DNA of 63,746 bases, the filler included, from Globobulimina sp. (taxonomy: Eukaryota), in assembly GCA_003354225.1 (NCBI GenBank). It is 23 parts of 23 records of this genome, joined end to end, with 100 filler letters (N's around TTAATTAATTAA, not from the genome) between each part and the next. Parts side by side here need not be neighbours in the genome. Positions count along the whole stretch, not along the records: positions 47,201 to 49,875 come from PIVH01005410.1; positions 49,976 to 52,650 come from PIVH01005411.1; positions 52,751 to 55,424 come from PIVH01005412.1; positions 55,525 to 58,198 come from PIVH01005413.1; positions 58,299 to 60,972 come from PIVH01005414.1; 18 more parts are not named here. One strand, given 5' to 3'. Below are positions 47,474-59,434 of this stretch, piece by piece (position 1 is the stretch's first letter; every line of letters starts with the position of its first letter). The notes under the pieces are model-generated. The model was given only the letters and a program-made list of their open reading frames with translations, ran no database searches and was not told the DNA's origin. Position numbers and translations under genes: made by a program.

Positions 47474-49568
47474 ATGAATCTCTTTCGTTTAACAAAGATT
47501 GCAGCAGCAACAGATGCTCAATTACTAGCAAGGAATGCAATTGACAAGTTTGTACTGTTATGATTTCTTTGATGGATATCTGTAAACATGTTGTTGTAAA
47601 ACATAAAAAGATGCAAGATTTTACTGTCACAAACTATGAATGAAGCAGCATCTCGGAACACAATACAAAACTTAGATAAAATCTCACATCTAATTTGCTG
47701 TGCAATTGATCCATTATCAGCATGTTCTCGAGTTAAATATCCACAAAAAGTTCAGGGAAAAACTTAAGAGAACAATTAATTGATTGTTTTATATATATTA
47801 TATGCAGTTGCATCCAAAGATAGAGTTTCAAAGAGAAGCCAATGAGGCAACGAGAGAATTGCAGCATTTTATGAATGAGTTGAATAATGATGAAAACATT
47901 TATGATTTACTAAATAAAATCAAATGCGATGCGGAATTGTTCGGTTCTTTGAGCGAGGAAGAAAAACAGATTACAAATGTAAGTTTGTTAGAAATTAAGC
48001 TATCCACTGCCATTCACAAAAAACACCCGGAAAGGGATACGATTAATGATTTGCGGCATGACATTTTATTGAAAGAAGATGAGTTTTATAGATTATGTCA
48101 CGACGTACAAGAAAATGCAATGCTTTTCAATGAGCAACAATTGGTTGTAAATCATAGCAGTTTCGGCACAGCAATGAAAACTTGGACATCTGCGGCAAAA
48201 CGAAAAGAAATGTTTGAACTATTTTATTCTGCTTCGGATATTCGATTAAATGCATTGCAAACTTTGCGAGAATACAGACACGATTTAAGCCGACAAATTG
48301 GATATGGTTCATTTGCCGAATTAAAATCAGAAACGAGTTTATTTGAGGGGAATATCGATAAAATATATTCATATTTAATTAATGCGCAGGAAGACATTAA
48401 AGAGGAATGCAAGAAAGAAGCGGATGAATTGCTTAAATATAATGACAAAGGCATAAAATTATGGGACTTAACTTTGATAAAAAGATTACAATTTTTAAAT
48501 GACAAACAAAGCAACAATCAATGCTCGGAAAGCAATGTTTTTGTGGAACACATTGAGAATTATCTGGATATTGAAAATTGTCTGCAGTCATTGCAAAGAT
48601 TAATGAATATCTGTTTTAATGTTGAAATGGATAAATGTTTGTTTGATGACGAATATATCTTAAAATATGAGCTAAAACAAGCACTGTCTGGAGAGCTGAT
48701 TGGTGTTTTATATTTGGATTTATTTGGAAGGCCAAACAAAGCACAAACTGAGTGCATCACATATCCCTTATATTGTTCATCAAAATATAACGAGAAACAA
48801 AGAGGAGCAGTTGTAATATCTATGAATTTATCACAAAATAATTGTAAGTTATCTCATTATGAATTGCAAGCATTATATCATGAATTTGGCCATTCGTTGC
48901 ATTATTTGCTCAGTGATACAGAGTATCAGACATTGAGTGGTTCTCGTGGTCTAAGTATGGAATATCTGGAATTTGCGTCATCTTTGTTTGAGAATTTTGT
49001 CTTTGATCAGTTCTTTATAAAATATATTGTTATGGATAATAATATGATACATATTCCATCTCAAAATGCGTTGAATTCCATTAAAAGGCCATTCCATACA
49101 CATTTACATCGTATGCAGCAAATTACAGATTCTTTACTGGATTTGCAATTGTTTGGTGATGAGAAGCAACAAAAGGAATCGATTCAAGATATTGTATGTC
49201 AAACATATAAACCATTGGCAATGATACTGAACAATAATACAAATGGGAGTGATTTGGATGAGGCATTGAATGGATATTTATTGAGAGCATCGAGATTTTA
49301 CCATTTTATTGATTATCCTGCCAATTATTATGCGTATGTTATTGCAGAGGAAATAAGTGATAAAATATGGCAAGATACATTTGCAAATTATGCACAAATT
49401 GAGAATGGTGTGGATGGCCATGACAATGATAGATATTTATTTGAGCATTGGAAGAAACATATGAGATATCACGGACAGAGATTATACAAAGACGTGTTTG
49501 CATTTGGAAGTGTCAAATCACCGATACAATGTCTGAATAACTTTTCCGATTCTCGCATTTCTCTGTAG
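47474..49568 (+). CDS. Peptidase M3A, mitochondrial intermediate peptidase (MIP/Oct1)-like; two 5' introns
   Basis: Motifs LYHEFGHSLHYLLS..YQTLSGSRG, EYLEFASSLFE, LYLDLFGRPNK and HFIDYPANYYAY. Upstream exons give NLDKISHLICCAIDPLSACSR|LHP, a MIP N-terminal motif. Confidence 0.88.
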
Positions 49569-50211
49569 ACTGTAGTTGATTTTAACTGGCATAGCACAGT
49601 ACATCAAAAAAATTTAATTCAAAAATTACAAATTTGAAAATTTTTAGACTTTAATCATTATCTGACGGTTTCATTTATGACTTTCTTCTGTCTTCGACTC
49701 AGAAGAAATTTTTACTTCTTCTAACAATGCAATCAAGTCATTTACTTCACTGACACCTCTTGCTGTTTTTTGCCGACACCAACAAATTTTGGGATTATAC
49801 TTTCCCGGACAAATCTTGTATTTAGGAGTTACTCTAAAATTTGGAAATTCCTTTTTTCGACCCATTGTTTGCAATNNNNNNNNNNNNNNNNNNNNNNNNN
49901 NNNNNNNNNNNNNNNNNNNTTAATTAATTAANNNNNNNNNNNNNNNNNNNNNNNNNNNNNNNNNNNNNNNNNNNNCCTTGCACTAAACTTAAAAAACTCT
50001 AGTCACCTCGTGAAAATCTTAAAATCAGTGGTACCATCTCACAAACGACAACTGTTTCGTCTCGTAACTCTCGTTGTGATATTATGTGATCTAGAAGTAT
50101 TTCTAGTCAATTCTAGAAAGTGGGCACATCAATCATTAATTAAAAAAAATAGCTATATATAAAACAGTAACATAACACACTCTCGTACTCAATATGAATC
50201 ATTTACACCTC

Positions 50212-50259
50212 TCTCGTAGTCCATATGAATAATATATATTATTCATATGGACTACGAGA
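50212..50259. repeat. Perfect 48-bp palindrome
   Basis: TCTCGTAGTCCATATGAATAATATATATTATTCATATGGACTACGAGA equals its own reverse complement. Confidence 0.95.
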
Positions 50260-50277
50260 CACACAACATATACATTT

Positions 50278-52650
50278 TTACGTTTCATTCAATTCATTGT
50301 GTGTATCACTTCCTAAGACAGCAGCAATAGATCTCATGGAGCCCTTCCACGGATTCTCTGATGGATGTTTGAATTGAGCTCTCTCATTTACATGATCCAA
50401 ATACACCAACATTCCATCTGAAGTATATCTTGTAGTCCATCCAGATGGTAACGGCTTAAGCATTACCTTTTTCTCTTCTTTTTCATCACATTCAGTACTC
50501 AAAAGTCGTGAACTGGGCATAGGAGTTCGTTGCAACATAGCGTCCGTGTAATAACTATCAATCTTATCACCAATAACATATTCTGAATTAGATACATCCC
50601 ACATACTCTTCTGCTCACTCTCCAAATCATGCGTCGACATCCCATCATCAAATGTGATTTTATCCCATGGAGATCTGGTCGACTGTGTCATATCCGTCTC
50701 AGTCTCACTGTATACACTAAATCCTGTATCCATACGAGAATGGTGTTTGCTCTCTTTATTTTTTAGCGCTGATTTCATCAAAAAATTACGATAATAAATG
50801 TTATACGATCCAGGCCTAGGTTCGGTATGCACTTTTTTGGATTTTGGTTCATTTTTCAAGCCAATAATGCCAATTGGACTTCCTACGTTGTTCATCATGG
50901 ATTTGTCAGATGGCGACATCACATTATATCCTTTATATGTTGCCAACACCTCACTTGCTTTCATGCCATGCGATAACATGGACTTTGAAAGCTCAGAGTA
51001 TTGGTTCCAAACACTTTGCGCACGAAACGTTTCTGATACAGAAGTATTGCACAAAGCAGTTGAATCGCCGCATGACTCCATAACAGCAGTTTGCTTGATT
51101 TTTGCCATAGATTCCGCTTCGTGGATTTCCCTGCTGTATGAATTGACGATGGCTAATGTTGTACTAGCTGGTAATTTTACATCCTGTTGTTGCAGTTGAG
51201 TGGATTTCTTAGTTTGCTTATCTTTGGTTTTAGTGTGCTCCATCAATGCACTAAACGCATACAACACTTTGTGTTCATCATATTGACGCAAAGCAGTGGC
51301 CAGGTTTTGATCGGCAGCATTTTTATATTGCATTGATACGATTTTAACGCCAATCCTCCAGGTAATTGAGGTTGAAGTTTGCAGCATTTTGTTGGAAAAT
51401 GCTTGAAATCCACAATATAATTTACCTTTATTTAACCATTGCGGGAGCATTGCATTTTGATAGATGTGTTTATGACCGGTGCCACCATCACATACTAAAT
51501 CATATTCTATTCTTACAGCTTGGATATGTTTGGGTAAAGTATGAATATCTAAATGCAAAAACATTGCACATTTTGCAGAGTCGTCTGAATATTTGTTGCA
51601 ACATTTGAGATGAAATTGAATTACATTTTGGCCTAACAAATATTGATAAAGTTTGCTATGAATATATTGTCTGGGACTTAAGCTAATAAATTGTTTGTAC
51701 GCATGGTTGTTAATAATCCATTCGAACTGTTGTACTGTATTAATATTAGCTAACTTTATATCAAAATGGTTGAAAAACTCAGCACAGCCCGACAATAAAC
51801 ATTTTAATTTGTTATGTTTGAGCTGGTTTAATTGCAAAGTATTTATCCATAACATTTTACAGTTATATTGTCGTTTCATTCTAGATATCATATTCTTGAA
51901 CAATGCAGCTATATATTTTGGAGGTGGTTTGGAAAATTGCTCGTCGTATTGTAACAAATCTGTTATTAATGTGTATAAATGAGCGTCAGTGTCTTTTTTG
52001 CAATTCATGATAAAATATCCATTGATTATCTGTTCAAACATTTGAAGGGCACAAATATATTTTTTATGCCATTCGCCATTGATGTAAATACCGACAATTT
52101 GCAAAGATGAGCCCATTATTAATATCGCATCCTTTTGCTTATTGTTAGTAATCAATGAATAATCAAAATACTTTGTTTCAGAGTGTGCTTTTAATTGTAA
52201 GATAATGCCGTTTTTATTATATGTGCATGTTTTATGTGAGCGTTGCAGAGTTAATGGGTATTCTATTTGTAATCTCATTGAATTAAATATTAACTGTTTT
52301 TCCAATGCACAATAAAAATAAACATTGCTGTTGTAATTGCTCTCAACGCTGTAAAACATACAGCTTTCATTTAGATATCGACGCCAATTTGCAAATTCAT
52401 TTTGTCTTTCAATATGATGCAAATGTAATTTAAATTTATTTGTTATTTGAGGGAAATCAGTGTATAATTTAAGTGATATTAAATGATTTATTGTTATTTC
52501 TTTACCTTTTGGAATATTGTGTTTATTATTATTAATACCAACATCATTTGCTCTCAATTTACATTTTTTTATTTTTATACATTGTTTATATAAATAATAA
52601 TATTCATTTTCGGACAATTTACAGATTTTATTGTTTAATCATTGGTTTTT
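50278..52650 (-). CDS. Multidomain protein: degenerate ADP-ribosyltransferase-like domain, MATH-like domain and C-terminal WW domain (5' partial)
   Basis: ART-like part: ITINHLISLKLYTDF...EFANWRRYL...FYCA...GIILQL..KYFDYS. MATH-like part: FEWIIN...FHLKC..CAMFLHL. WW: PLPSGWTTRYTSDGMLVYLDHVNERAQFKHP. Confidence 0.7.
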
Positions 52651-52842
52651 NNNNNNNNNNNNNNNNNNNNNNNNNNNNNNNNNNNNNNNNNNNNTTAATT
52701 AATTAANNNNNNNNNNNNNNNNNNNNNNNNNNNNNNNNNNNNNNNNNNNNCCCATTCTCAAAGATTCAAGTCCGAGCAAAGGATGTTATCTGTTACGTAA
52801 TATTTAAATATATCATTTAATAACATATTAAGCAATGTCTAT

Positions 52843-54702
52843 TCACAATTTAGATAGCAATTTTGGTGAAGTTTGTGGATTACAAATATAATTCAAAGGC
52901 ATAATCCTATAGTACCTTTGCTTCATTTTAACATCACCAAACAATTTATTATCATGAATCTCGCCGTTGATTAATCTCTGTTGTATATCACAAATATCTC
53001 TTGTTATTCCCATATTTAAATTTGAGTCTCTTTTTAATTTATACGCTGGATGCTGATCCACAAAATATCTCAACCATTTCGCATTGGTCCATATTGTGCC
53101 ATTTGCTCTGTTTTGTATAAATAATAAATACTCGTTTACTGTTTTTAATGTTTCCCCGCCATTACACCCAATCACCTTTAAATAGGATCGAATAATTGGT
53201 ACTAATCCGCGACATTCATTGGTTCCCAATAATATCTGCTCGATACTCAACCGTTCCATATTCAATTCGCTCCCAATATTATTGGATGAACAGGTCCTCC
53301 ACCAAAATCTCTCCGTATTTATGCTATCTCGCTTATGCGCCAAATGAAAATTTTCATCCACTTTACTTAGCGGAACATAATAATTCAAGCCATAATATAA
53401 TATCGCGCGGGAAGCTAAAGTTATAAATACGACCAACGCCGCATTCTCAAACTCTGTAAACTGTAGTTCCATGCTTCGAAATTCCACTCTCCAACCAATA
53501 TCAGAGCCAAATGGCGGCGGTTTAAAGCGCACATTTTGCCAATTTGTCGACTGAATCGTCTCAAAATGGTGAGTCGTTTTAGTATCGTCCAATTCAATTA
53601 AATGTGAAAATATTACTAACGGATCGCGTATAAATAAATGGCCGATATGCTTGGATAATAAATCATCGATTCCTTCTTTCTTACATCTATTATACGCATA
53701 TTCATCATACGTGATATCAATATCATTATAGATCTCTACATTGGATGTTAACCAATCACATTTGGATAGAAACGTATCAATGGTATCGTAGCGTGATTTT
53801 GCTGGAATATTCTGTTTTAATTCTCCACTGGTTCTATCATCCACAGATTGTGCAATCACTGTCCATCTACAATCAAAATCTGATATTTTCCCTTTTAAGA
53901 ATGGAGTGGAGGCAGACAACGCCATCATTATAGGCGTCAATACCGCCAATTGGTCGTATAAATGCCGCGCTTCATCAATCTCGCGACATTGATAAGTGCA
54001 TTGCAAGCAGCAATTGCCCATTCCAAAGGCCATGGCGTCCATAAATATGGAGTTCTCATGTTTTGGGGTGTTCAAATCACGAAATATAGGCACATGGATA
54101 TCAACGGGGCCACGTTCGCCTCGTCGCAAACGAATATTTTCGGTCAATGCTGCAAATCGGGGATGAGGATTGATCATAGCATCGGGGATAAATTGTGATT
54201 GTGCAATGGGTCCATGTGCTTTGTGAACATCATAGCAGCCCATCATTGGGAATGTAGATAATGTGCTTAAATATTCATTGTTATGCAATGATGATTCTAT
54301 TATTTTGCGTCGTTGATACATGTTTCGTTCAACTAACAATAAATCACAGCCAGAGTCGCCATATGGTTTAAAAGGTGTGGCTTCGATCATAAATGAACCG
54401 TATTCTGGATGTAAGATTATTTTGTCCATTGGGTCTAGAATTTTAGTATTTTTGTTTGATTTTTCTTGTGCTTGTGCTAGTATTTCGGTTGATCGTAATG
54501 ATAATTTTGCGAGTTTCTCGTTTGGTGGGGCATAAATTACTAAGTATTCCAATTCATCGCCCCATTTAAATGCATCGCAACAACGTCTTTTTTGTGAATT
54601 GTATAAATTAATAAACTGTTCCACTCCATGTTTCTTCACATAATCAATGTATTTTTTAGACTCGTGCCATTTCAATGGTTTGCCTTCTGTCAATAAGCCC
54701 AT
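52843..54702 (-). CDS. GCLC: Glutamate-cysteine ligase catalytic subunit (gamma-glutamylcysteine synthetase, eukaryotic type)
   Basis: Motifs MGLLTEGKPLKW, FKWGDELEY, HPEYGSFMIEATP, FMDAMAFGMGNCCLQ, SVDDRT, KSRYD, HLFIRDPLV, QSTNWQ..RFKPP and GWRVEFR. Confidence 0.97.
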   Translation of the reverse strand: MGLLTEGKPLKWHESKKYIDYVKKHGVEQFINLYNSQKRRCCDAFKWGDELEYLVIYAPPNEKLAKLSLRSTEILAQAQEKSNKNTKILDPMDKIILHPEYGSFMIEATPFKPYGDSGCDLLLVERNMYQRRKIIESSLHNNEYLSTLSTFPMMGCYDVHKAHGPIAQSQFIPDAMINPHPRFAALTENIRLRRGERGPVDIHVPIFRDLNTPKHENSIFMDAMAFGMGNCCLQCTYQCREIDEARHLYDQLAVLTPIMMALSASTPFLKGKISDFDCRWTVIAQSVDDRTSGELKQNIPAKSRYDTIDTFLSKCDWLTSNVEIYNDIDITYDEYAYNRCKKEGIDDLLSKHIGHLFIRDPLVIFSHLIELDDTKTTHHFETIQSTNWQNVRFKPPPFGSDIGWRVEFRSMELQFTEFENAALVVFITLASRAILYYGLNYYVPLSKVDENFHLAHKRDSINTERFWWRTCSSNNIGSELNMERLSIEQILLGTNECRGLVPIIRSYLKVIGCNGGETLKTVNEYLLFIQNRANGTIWTNAKWLRYFVDQHPAYKLKRDSNLNMGITRDICDIQQRLINGEIHDNKLFGDVKMKQRYYRIMPLNYICNPQTSPKLLSKL

Positions 54703-55005
54703 TTTATGTTAAATTAACACGACGTTCGCGTTATTAACTAGTGAGTAGTGACTTAAGTATCAAGAAACATTATCCTTGCACACAAAAAAACTGTTCATTT
54801 TATGAAACGATATTTGGAATATATCTGAAAAAATCATTCATGTATAATATAAAAATAGAAGTCATTATGTATAAAATAAAAAATCATCCCAAACAACAAA
54901 AAAATAGAAAAATCTATGCAAAGATTACATTTTGTATACAGTAATAAGAATATAATCATTGTGTATGATGCATAGATCATTGTGTATGATACAAATAATT
55001 AAATT

Positions 55006-55424
55006 TTAATCCCGCAACAAAACAACTAAATAACCAACAATATGCAAAACCAGAACATTAATATATGTTTGTTTATTACATATTGTTGTTTCTATTTCTT
55101 TATTGTTGGCTACCACAGAATGTATAGTTGAATATGGTAGTTTGCATTGATAGTTTTGTTTCATTTCAATTTCTTTGCGAATATTATCATATAAACTAAT
55201 TCTTTCTTTTAATACATCTTCCACGACTTTCTCCACATTATTGCATGATGCTGGATGTGTTTGCATATATTTTTTAAATGATAATTTAATATGATCAGAT
55301 TTCCCAACATCAACTAATGAATGCAACGGGAATATTACAATCTTATCTTGAGTCAATGCTGTATGCTGTTTTAAACCCTGCCATATATATTTGTACAAAT
55401 TAGATATAATTTCACCCATTTCAC
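55006..55424 (-). CDS. 3' fragment of an unidentified gene
   Basis: The reading frame is open from the contig edge to the stop at 55006. No motif recognised. Confidence 0.35.
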
Positions 55425-55574
55425 NNNNNNNNNNNNNNNNNNNNNNNNNNNNNNNNNNNNNNNNNNNNTTAATTAATTAANNNNNNNNNNNNNNNNNNNN
55501 NNNNNNNNNNNNNNNNNNNNNNNNAATCTTTTTATATATTTTCAAAATTAATTATGTGATATAACTCAGATATA

Positions 55575-55737
55575 TCTAGATGCTTCTCAGATGTATACAG
55601 ATGTATACAGATGTATTTCAGCTATATCTCGATACATATGGGATATATCATATGTCTCTAGATATATCTAAGCTATATCTACATATATCTGACATATATC
55701 AGATCCTTCCTTAGATCCTTCCTTAGATCCTTCCTTT
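55575..55737. repeat. Cluster of short tandem repeats downstream of V-ATPase A
   Basis: About three copies of CAGATGTATA, several ATATATCT variants, and three copies of AGATCCTTCCTT. Confidence 0.75.
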
Positions 55738-55867
55738 TCAGAAAATCCTTTGTAAAAAAAGGTTAAAAACTTTGTTTGAAGTGATCGAGTCGAGTCATTC
55801 TACTATTTAAGTTAGTTAGTAATTAATTAATTACAAAAACAGGGTCAAGTCAAAATCCCTTGTGAGG

Positions 55868-57748
55868 TCACATGGAGTCACTGATTTTAGTAAAGGCAGA
55901 ATCAATTTCATCCGTTAATTTGCGAAAATGATTTTGTATGTCTTTTGGTTTCGCAGTAGGAAGAACATCCATTTTTGAATTGATAATTTTAATTAATACA
56001 TCTTCCGTATGTAACTTGATTTGATTCAAAGTAATTTTATGTTCATCGGAAGAATTATCAATTAATGATTTAGCATTTGTATAATAAGTGATAATCACCT
56101 TTAACATTCCAACAGTTTTTTCAAGCGGACACGTATAATCATACGATGTGTAGGCATTTTGTTGTAAAAAATCTTCCCGTAAAATGCGAGCAATTTCTAA
56201 TATTAATTTTTGATCCTCGGATAACGAATCTTTTCCAACTAACTGCACAATCTCTGACAAATCATTTTCTTGTTGGAGTATTAACTGTGATTGTTTGCGT
56301 AATGACGAATAATCGCTATCTTTCTCATTAAAAAAAGGTTCTAAGACTTGCATATATTTTGTAAACGATATTAGCCAATTCACAGAGGGAAAATGTTTTC
56401 TTTGCGCCAATTTCTTATCTAAGCCCCAAAACACTTGAACAATGTTTAAGGTGGCGGTTGTAACCGGATCAGCAAAATCGCCGCCGGGAGGCGACACCGC
56501 CCCAACAATGGTGACACTCCCTTCCCTGTACGGCGAACCTAAGCATTTGACCCGGCCCGCTCTCTCGTAAAATGCAGCTAATCGCGTAGCTAAATAGGCG
56601 GGATACCCACTATCGGCGGGCATCTCTCCTAAGCGGCCAGATATTTCTCGCAAGGCCTCCGCCCATCTGCTCGTCGAATCGGCCATCATCGACACATCCA
56701 TGCCTTGCTCGCGAAAATACTCCGCTAAGGTGATCCCGGTGTATATGGAGGCCTCTCTCGCCGCCACCGGCATATTGCTGGTGTTGGCCACCAAACAGGT
56801 TCGCTTCATTATGCCCACCTCTTTGCCCTGCGGTGTAATCATTGTTAACTCCGGGAAATCACGCAAAACCTCCGCCATTTCGTTGCCACGTTCACCGCAA
56901 CCGACATAAATCACGCAATCACTGTTACTATGCTTGGATAAGGACTGCGAAATTACGGTTTTGCCGCAGCCAAAGGCGCCCGGAATAGCACAGGTCCCGC
57001 CCTGACATGATGGGAATATCGCGTCCAACACCCTTTGCCCAGTTAATAGTGCACATTTTCCCGGTAATTTTTCAATGCATGGCCGTGGAAAGCGAACTGG
57101 CCAAAAATGGGTCATTGTCAAAGTGCACTTCTTTCCGGATTTAAAATGTTTAACCACCATAAGACATTTATCAATATTATATTTGCCATTTGGTGTAATA
57201 TCCACAATGGTTCCAGCTATTTTTGGTGGAACCATAATTTTGTGTTTTATAATTAATTCATTTTCATAGACGGTTCCAATCACATCGCCCGGCGATACGG
57301 TATAACCAATTTGTAATTTGTTATTTGTTGAATATTGCCATAAGTTACTTCTATTTAAGGCAGAGATTGTAATGCCACGTGGTATAAATACCGAAGAACC
57401 CGTGGTTTCGCGGGCAAATTTGGCAATATCTTCCAATGGACGTTGAATTCCATCAAATATATTATCCAAAATACCTGGCCCTAATTCGACAGACAATGAT
57501 TGTCGTGTTCGTGTAACTGGATCGCCAATGGTTAGGCCAGCGGTCTCTTCATAAACTTGTATAAATGCTTTCTTACCTTCAAGTTTAATTATTTCACCGA
57601 CCAGCAATTGTTTACCAACACGTACCAGTTCATACATAAATGCACCATACATCTGGTCAGCCACAACCAATGGTCCTGCTACACGTGAAATAAAACCACG
57701 ATCATCATCATCATCGTTTTGTTTTTTTTCCTCTTTTGATTGAGCCAT
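55868..57748 (-). CDS. ATP6V1A: V-type H+-ATPase catalytic subunit A (no intein, no intron)
   Basis: Motifs [33 protein letters not shown] (P-loop), [49 protein letters not shown] and [11 protein letters not shown]. Confidence 0.98.
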   Translation of the reverse strand: MAQSKEEKKQNDDDDDRGFISRVAGPLVVADQMYGAFMYELVRVGKQLLVGEIIKLEGKKAFIQVYEETAGLTIGDPVTRTRQSLSVELGPGILDNIFDGIQRPLEDIAKFARETTGSSVFIPRGITISALNRSNLWQYSTNNKLQIGYTVSPGDVIGTVYENELIIKHKIMVPPKIAGTIVDITPNGKYNIDKCLMVVKHFKSGKKCTLTMTHFWPVRFPRPCIEKLPGKCALLTGQRVLDAIFPSCQGGTCAIPGAFGCGKTVISQSLSKHSNSDCVIYVGCGERGNEMAEVLRDFPELTMITPQGKEVGIMKRTCLVANTSNMPVAAREASIYTGITLAEYFREQGMDVSMMADSTSRWAEALREISGRLGEMPADSGYPAYLATRLAAFYERAGRVKCLGSPYREGSVTIVGAVSPPGGDFADPVTTATLNIVQVFWGLDKKLAQRKHFPSVNWLISFTKYMQVLEPFFNEKDSDYSSLRKQSQLILQQENDLSEIVQLVGKDSLSEDQKLILEIARILREDFLQQNAYTSYDYTCPLEKTVGMLKVIITYYTNAKSLIDNSSDEHKITLNQIKLHTEDVLIKIINSKMDVLPTAKPKDIQNHFRKLTDEIDSAFTKISDSM

Positions 57749-57940
57749 CTAGTGATTGGTGGTACAACTTTTAGTGAAAAAGCTTATTTTTAACATACTG
57801 TACTAGATTTAAAGAAGATTAAAAGTAAAACATTTGTGGGGCTTTTTAATAAAAATAATTCGAAGAAAAAACAGATTTGAGAAAAACGAAATTTAATTTA
57901 ATTTATAAATATACAAAAAAACGCAGGTACGTACGGTTAC

Positions 57941-58186
57941 TGTGATAGCTGACTGGTCACCGAAATGAGCTGATCGATCAGGTTATAATTACCCTAATTA
58001 AATGCATCCAATCTGAATTATCTGATCTGATCGGGACTAAATTAGGTCAGGTATTGTCTAAATCTGACTGGTCATAATAATATGCAGAGCTAAAGGGAAA
58101 TTACTATAGGAATAGCATATTGGTATGCTGACCGGTCAGATTTGTTCCTTCGGTCACTGCATTTCGCTGACCAGTCAGCCATCACA
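57941..58186. mobile_element. MITE-like non-coding element with 27-bp terminal inverted repeats
   Basis: TGTGATAGCTGACTGGTCACCGAAATG (57941-57967) matches the reverse complement of 58160-58186 at 25/27 positions. CTGA-N4-TCA(G) palindromic motifs recur internally. No clear target-site duplication (TSD). Confidence 0.65.
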
Positions 58187-58298
58187 ATTCAGGTCATANN
58201 NNNNNNNNNNNNNNNNNNNNNNNNNNNNNNNNNNNNNNNNNNTTAATTAATTAANNNNNNNNNNNNNNNNNNNNNNNNNNNNNNNNNNNNNNNNNNNN

Positions 58299-59434
58299 TT
58301 TGCCATATCATCGGCTATTTCATTGCCAATCTCATTATTATGCGCTCTCACCCAAATTAGGTGTATATCTATGTCAAAATCCTCTAAATCCATCATCATT
58401 TCATACAATTTCTTGACTTTGTTATAAATGTTTAAATTATCAATTTTATAAACGCCAGCAATCCATCTTACCACTGTTTCACTATCAATAATTAGACAGA
58501 GATGACTTGGAACTAATTCCGAGTCAATTTTATAAACTTCGTAGAAATATTGATACGCTGCGTTCAATCCTTTGATGGCTGCATCCAATTCACAGTGATC
58601 AATTGAGCTCCTTAATGCAGTCGGAGATGCACCAAAGAAATAGTCACTGTATTTGTTGTTATACGGCCCTTCGCTTTGTCGGTAATTCTTTCTTCTCAGA
58701 TCACTCAAATCCGCCTTTGTTAGATAATAATTTAGGTCACAAGACCAAAAGCCTGCGCCTCCAAATCCATCTTTGTTCGATCCATCGGAGAATAGTAACT
58801 GTATTAAATTCCAATTTACTTTCTTATCGTTCAGACTCTCATCATGATGTTTCTCTAAATTCTCAGCCCAATTCGTGACCCAATTTATATCAAATGATAT
58901 TTTTTGCCCATTCACATCTTCAATATGACTCTTTAAATTATTTGGTGTCTTCATAATTTTTAAATGGTACGATAACCGCTTTGGGACAATACTGAAATCG
59001 ACGTTTTTCATGTATTTCACGTCGGTACTTTTCAATTTTATCGCTGCGTCAAACAATTCATGAAATATGTGATATCTTTTTTTGATTTTCTTTCTGATAT
59101 TTACCGTTATAACCGATTTATCCATAAATTCATCGCTTTTATTATCTTCATCATCGACAAATATCCACGTCTCATCCAAATCGTTTCTGTATAACTTGTT
59201 ATCAATTTCAATCATATTTGCATCAAATGTTTCAACTCCGCTTATCTTAATTCCTTTATTTTCTTCTCTAAAATCATCATTTAAATCCAATCTGTCTTCA
59301 TTCCATATCTTCCAATACTTTTCGCTGATAATTTTACATAAAATATTAGATGACGGTGATCTTATAATCCTCGACCAATATGTTGACTTTTTCTGCATAA
59401 CTAAGTCATTAAAATCTATCTCTCCAATTTGCAC
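58299..59434 (-). mobile_element. 5'-truncated non-LTR retrotransposon fragment: RT-RNase H connection plus RNase HI domain
   Basis: LFSDGS...GAGF, CELDAAIKGL, IIDSETVV and IHLIWVRAHNNEIGNEIADDMAK retain all four RNase H acidic residues. The upstream YWSRIIR linker is typical of LINE ORF2, and the ORF has no ATG at its 5' edge. Confidence 0.8.

Noticed and set aside
55868-57748. Possible VMA1-type intein in V-ATPase A
   Set aside because: The insertion site [11 protein letters not shown] is uninterrupted and the protein has normal length (626 aa).
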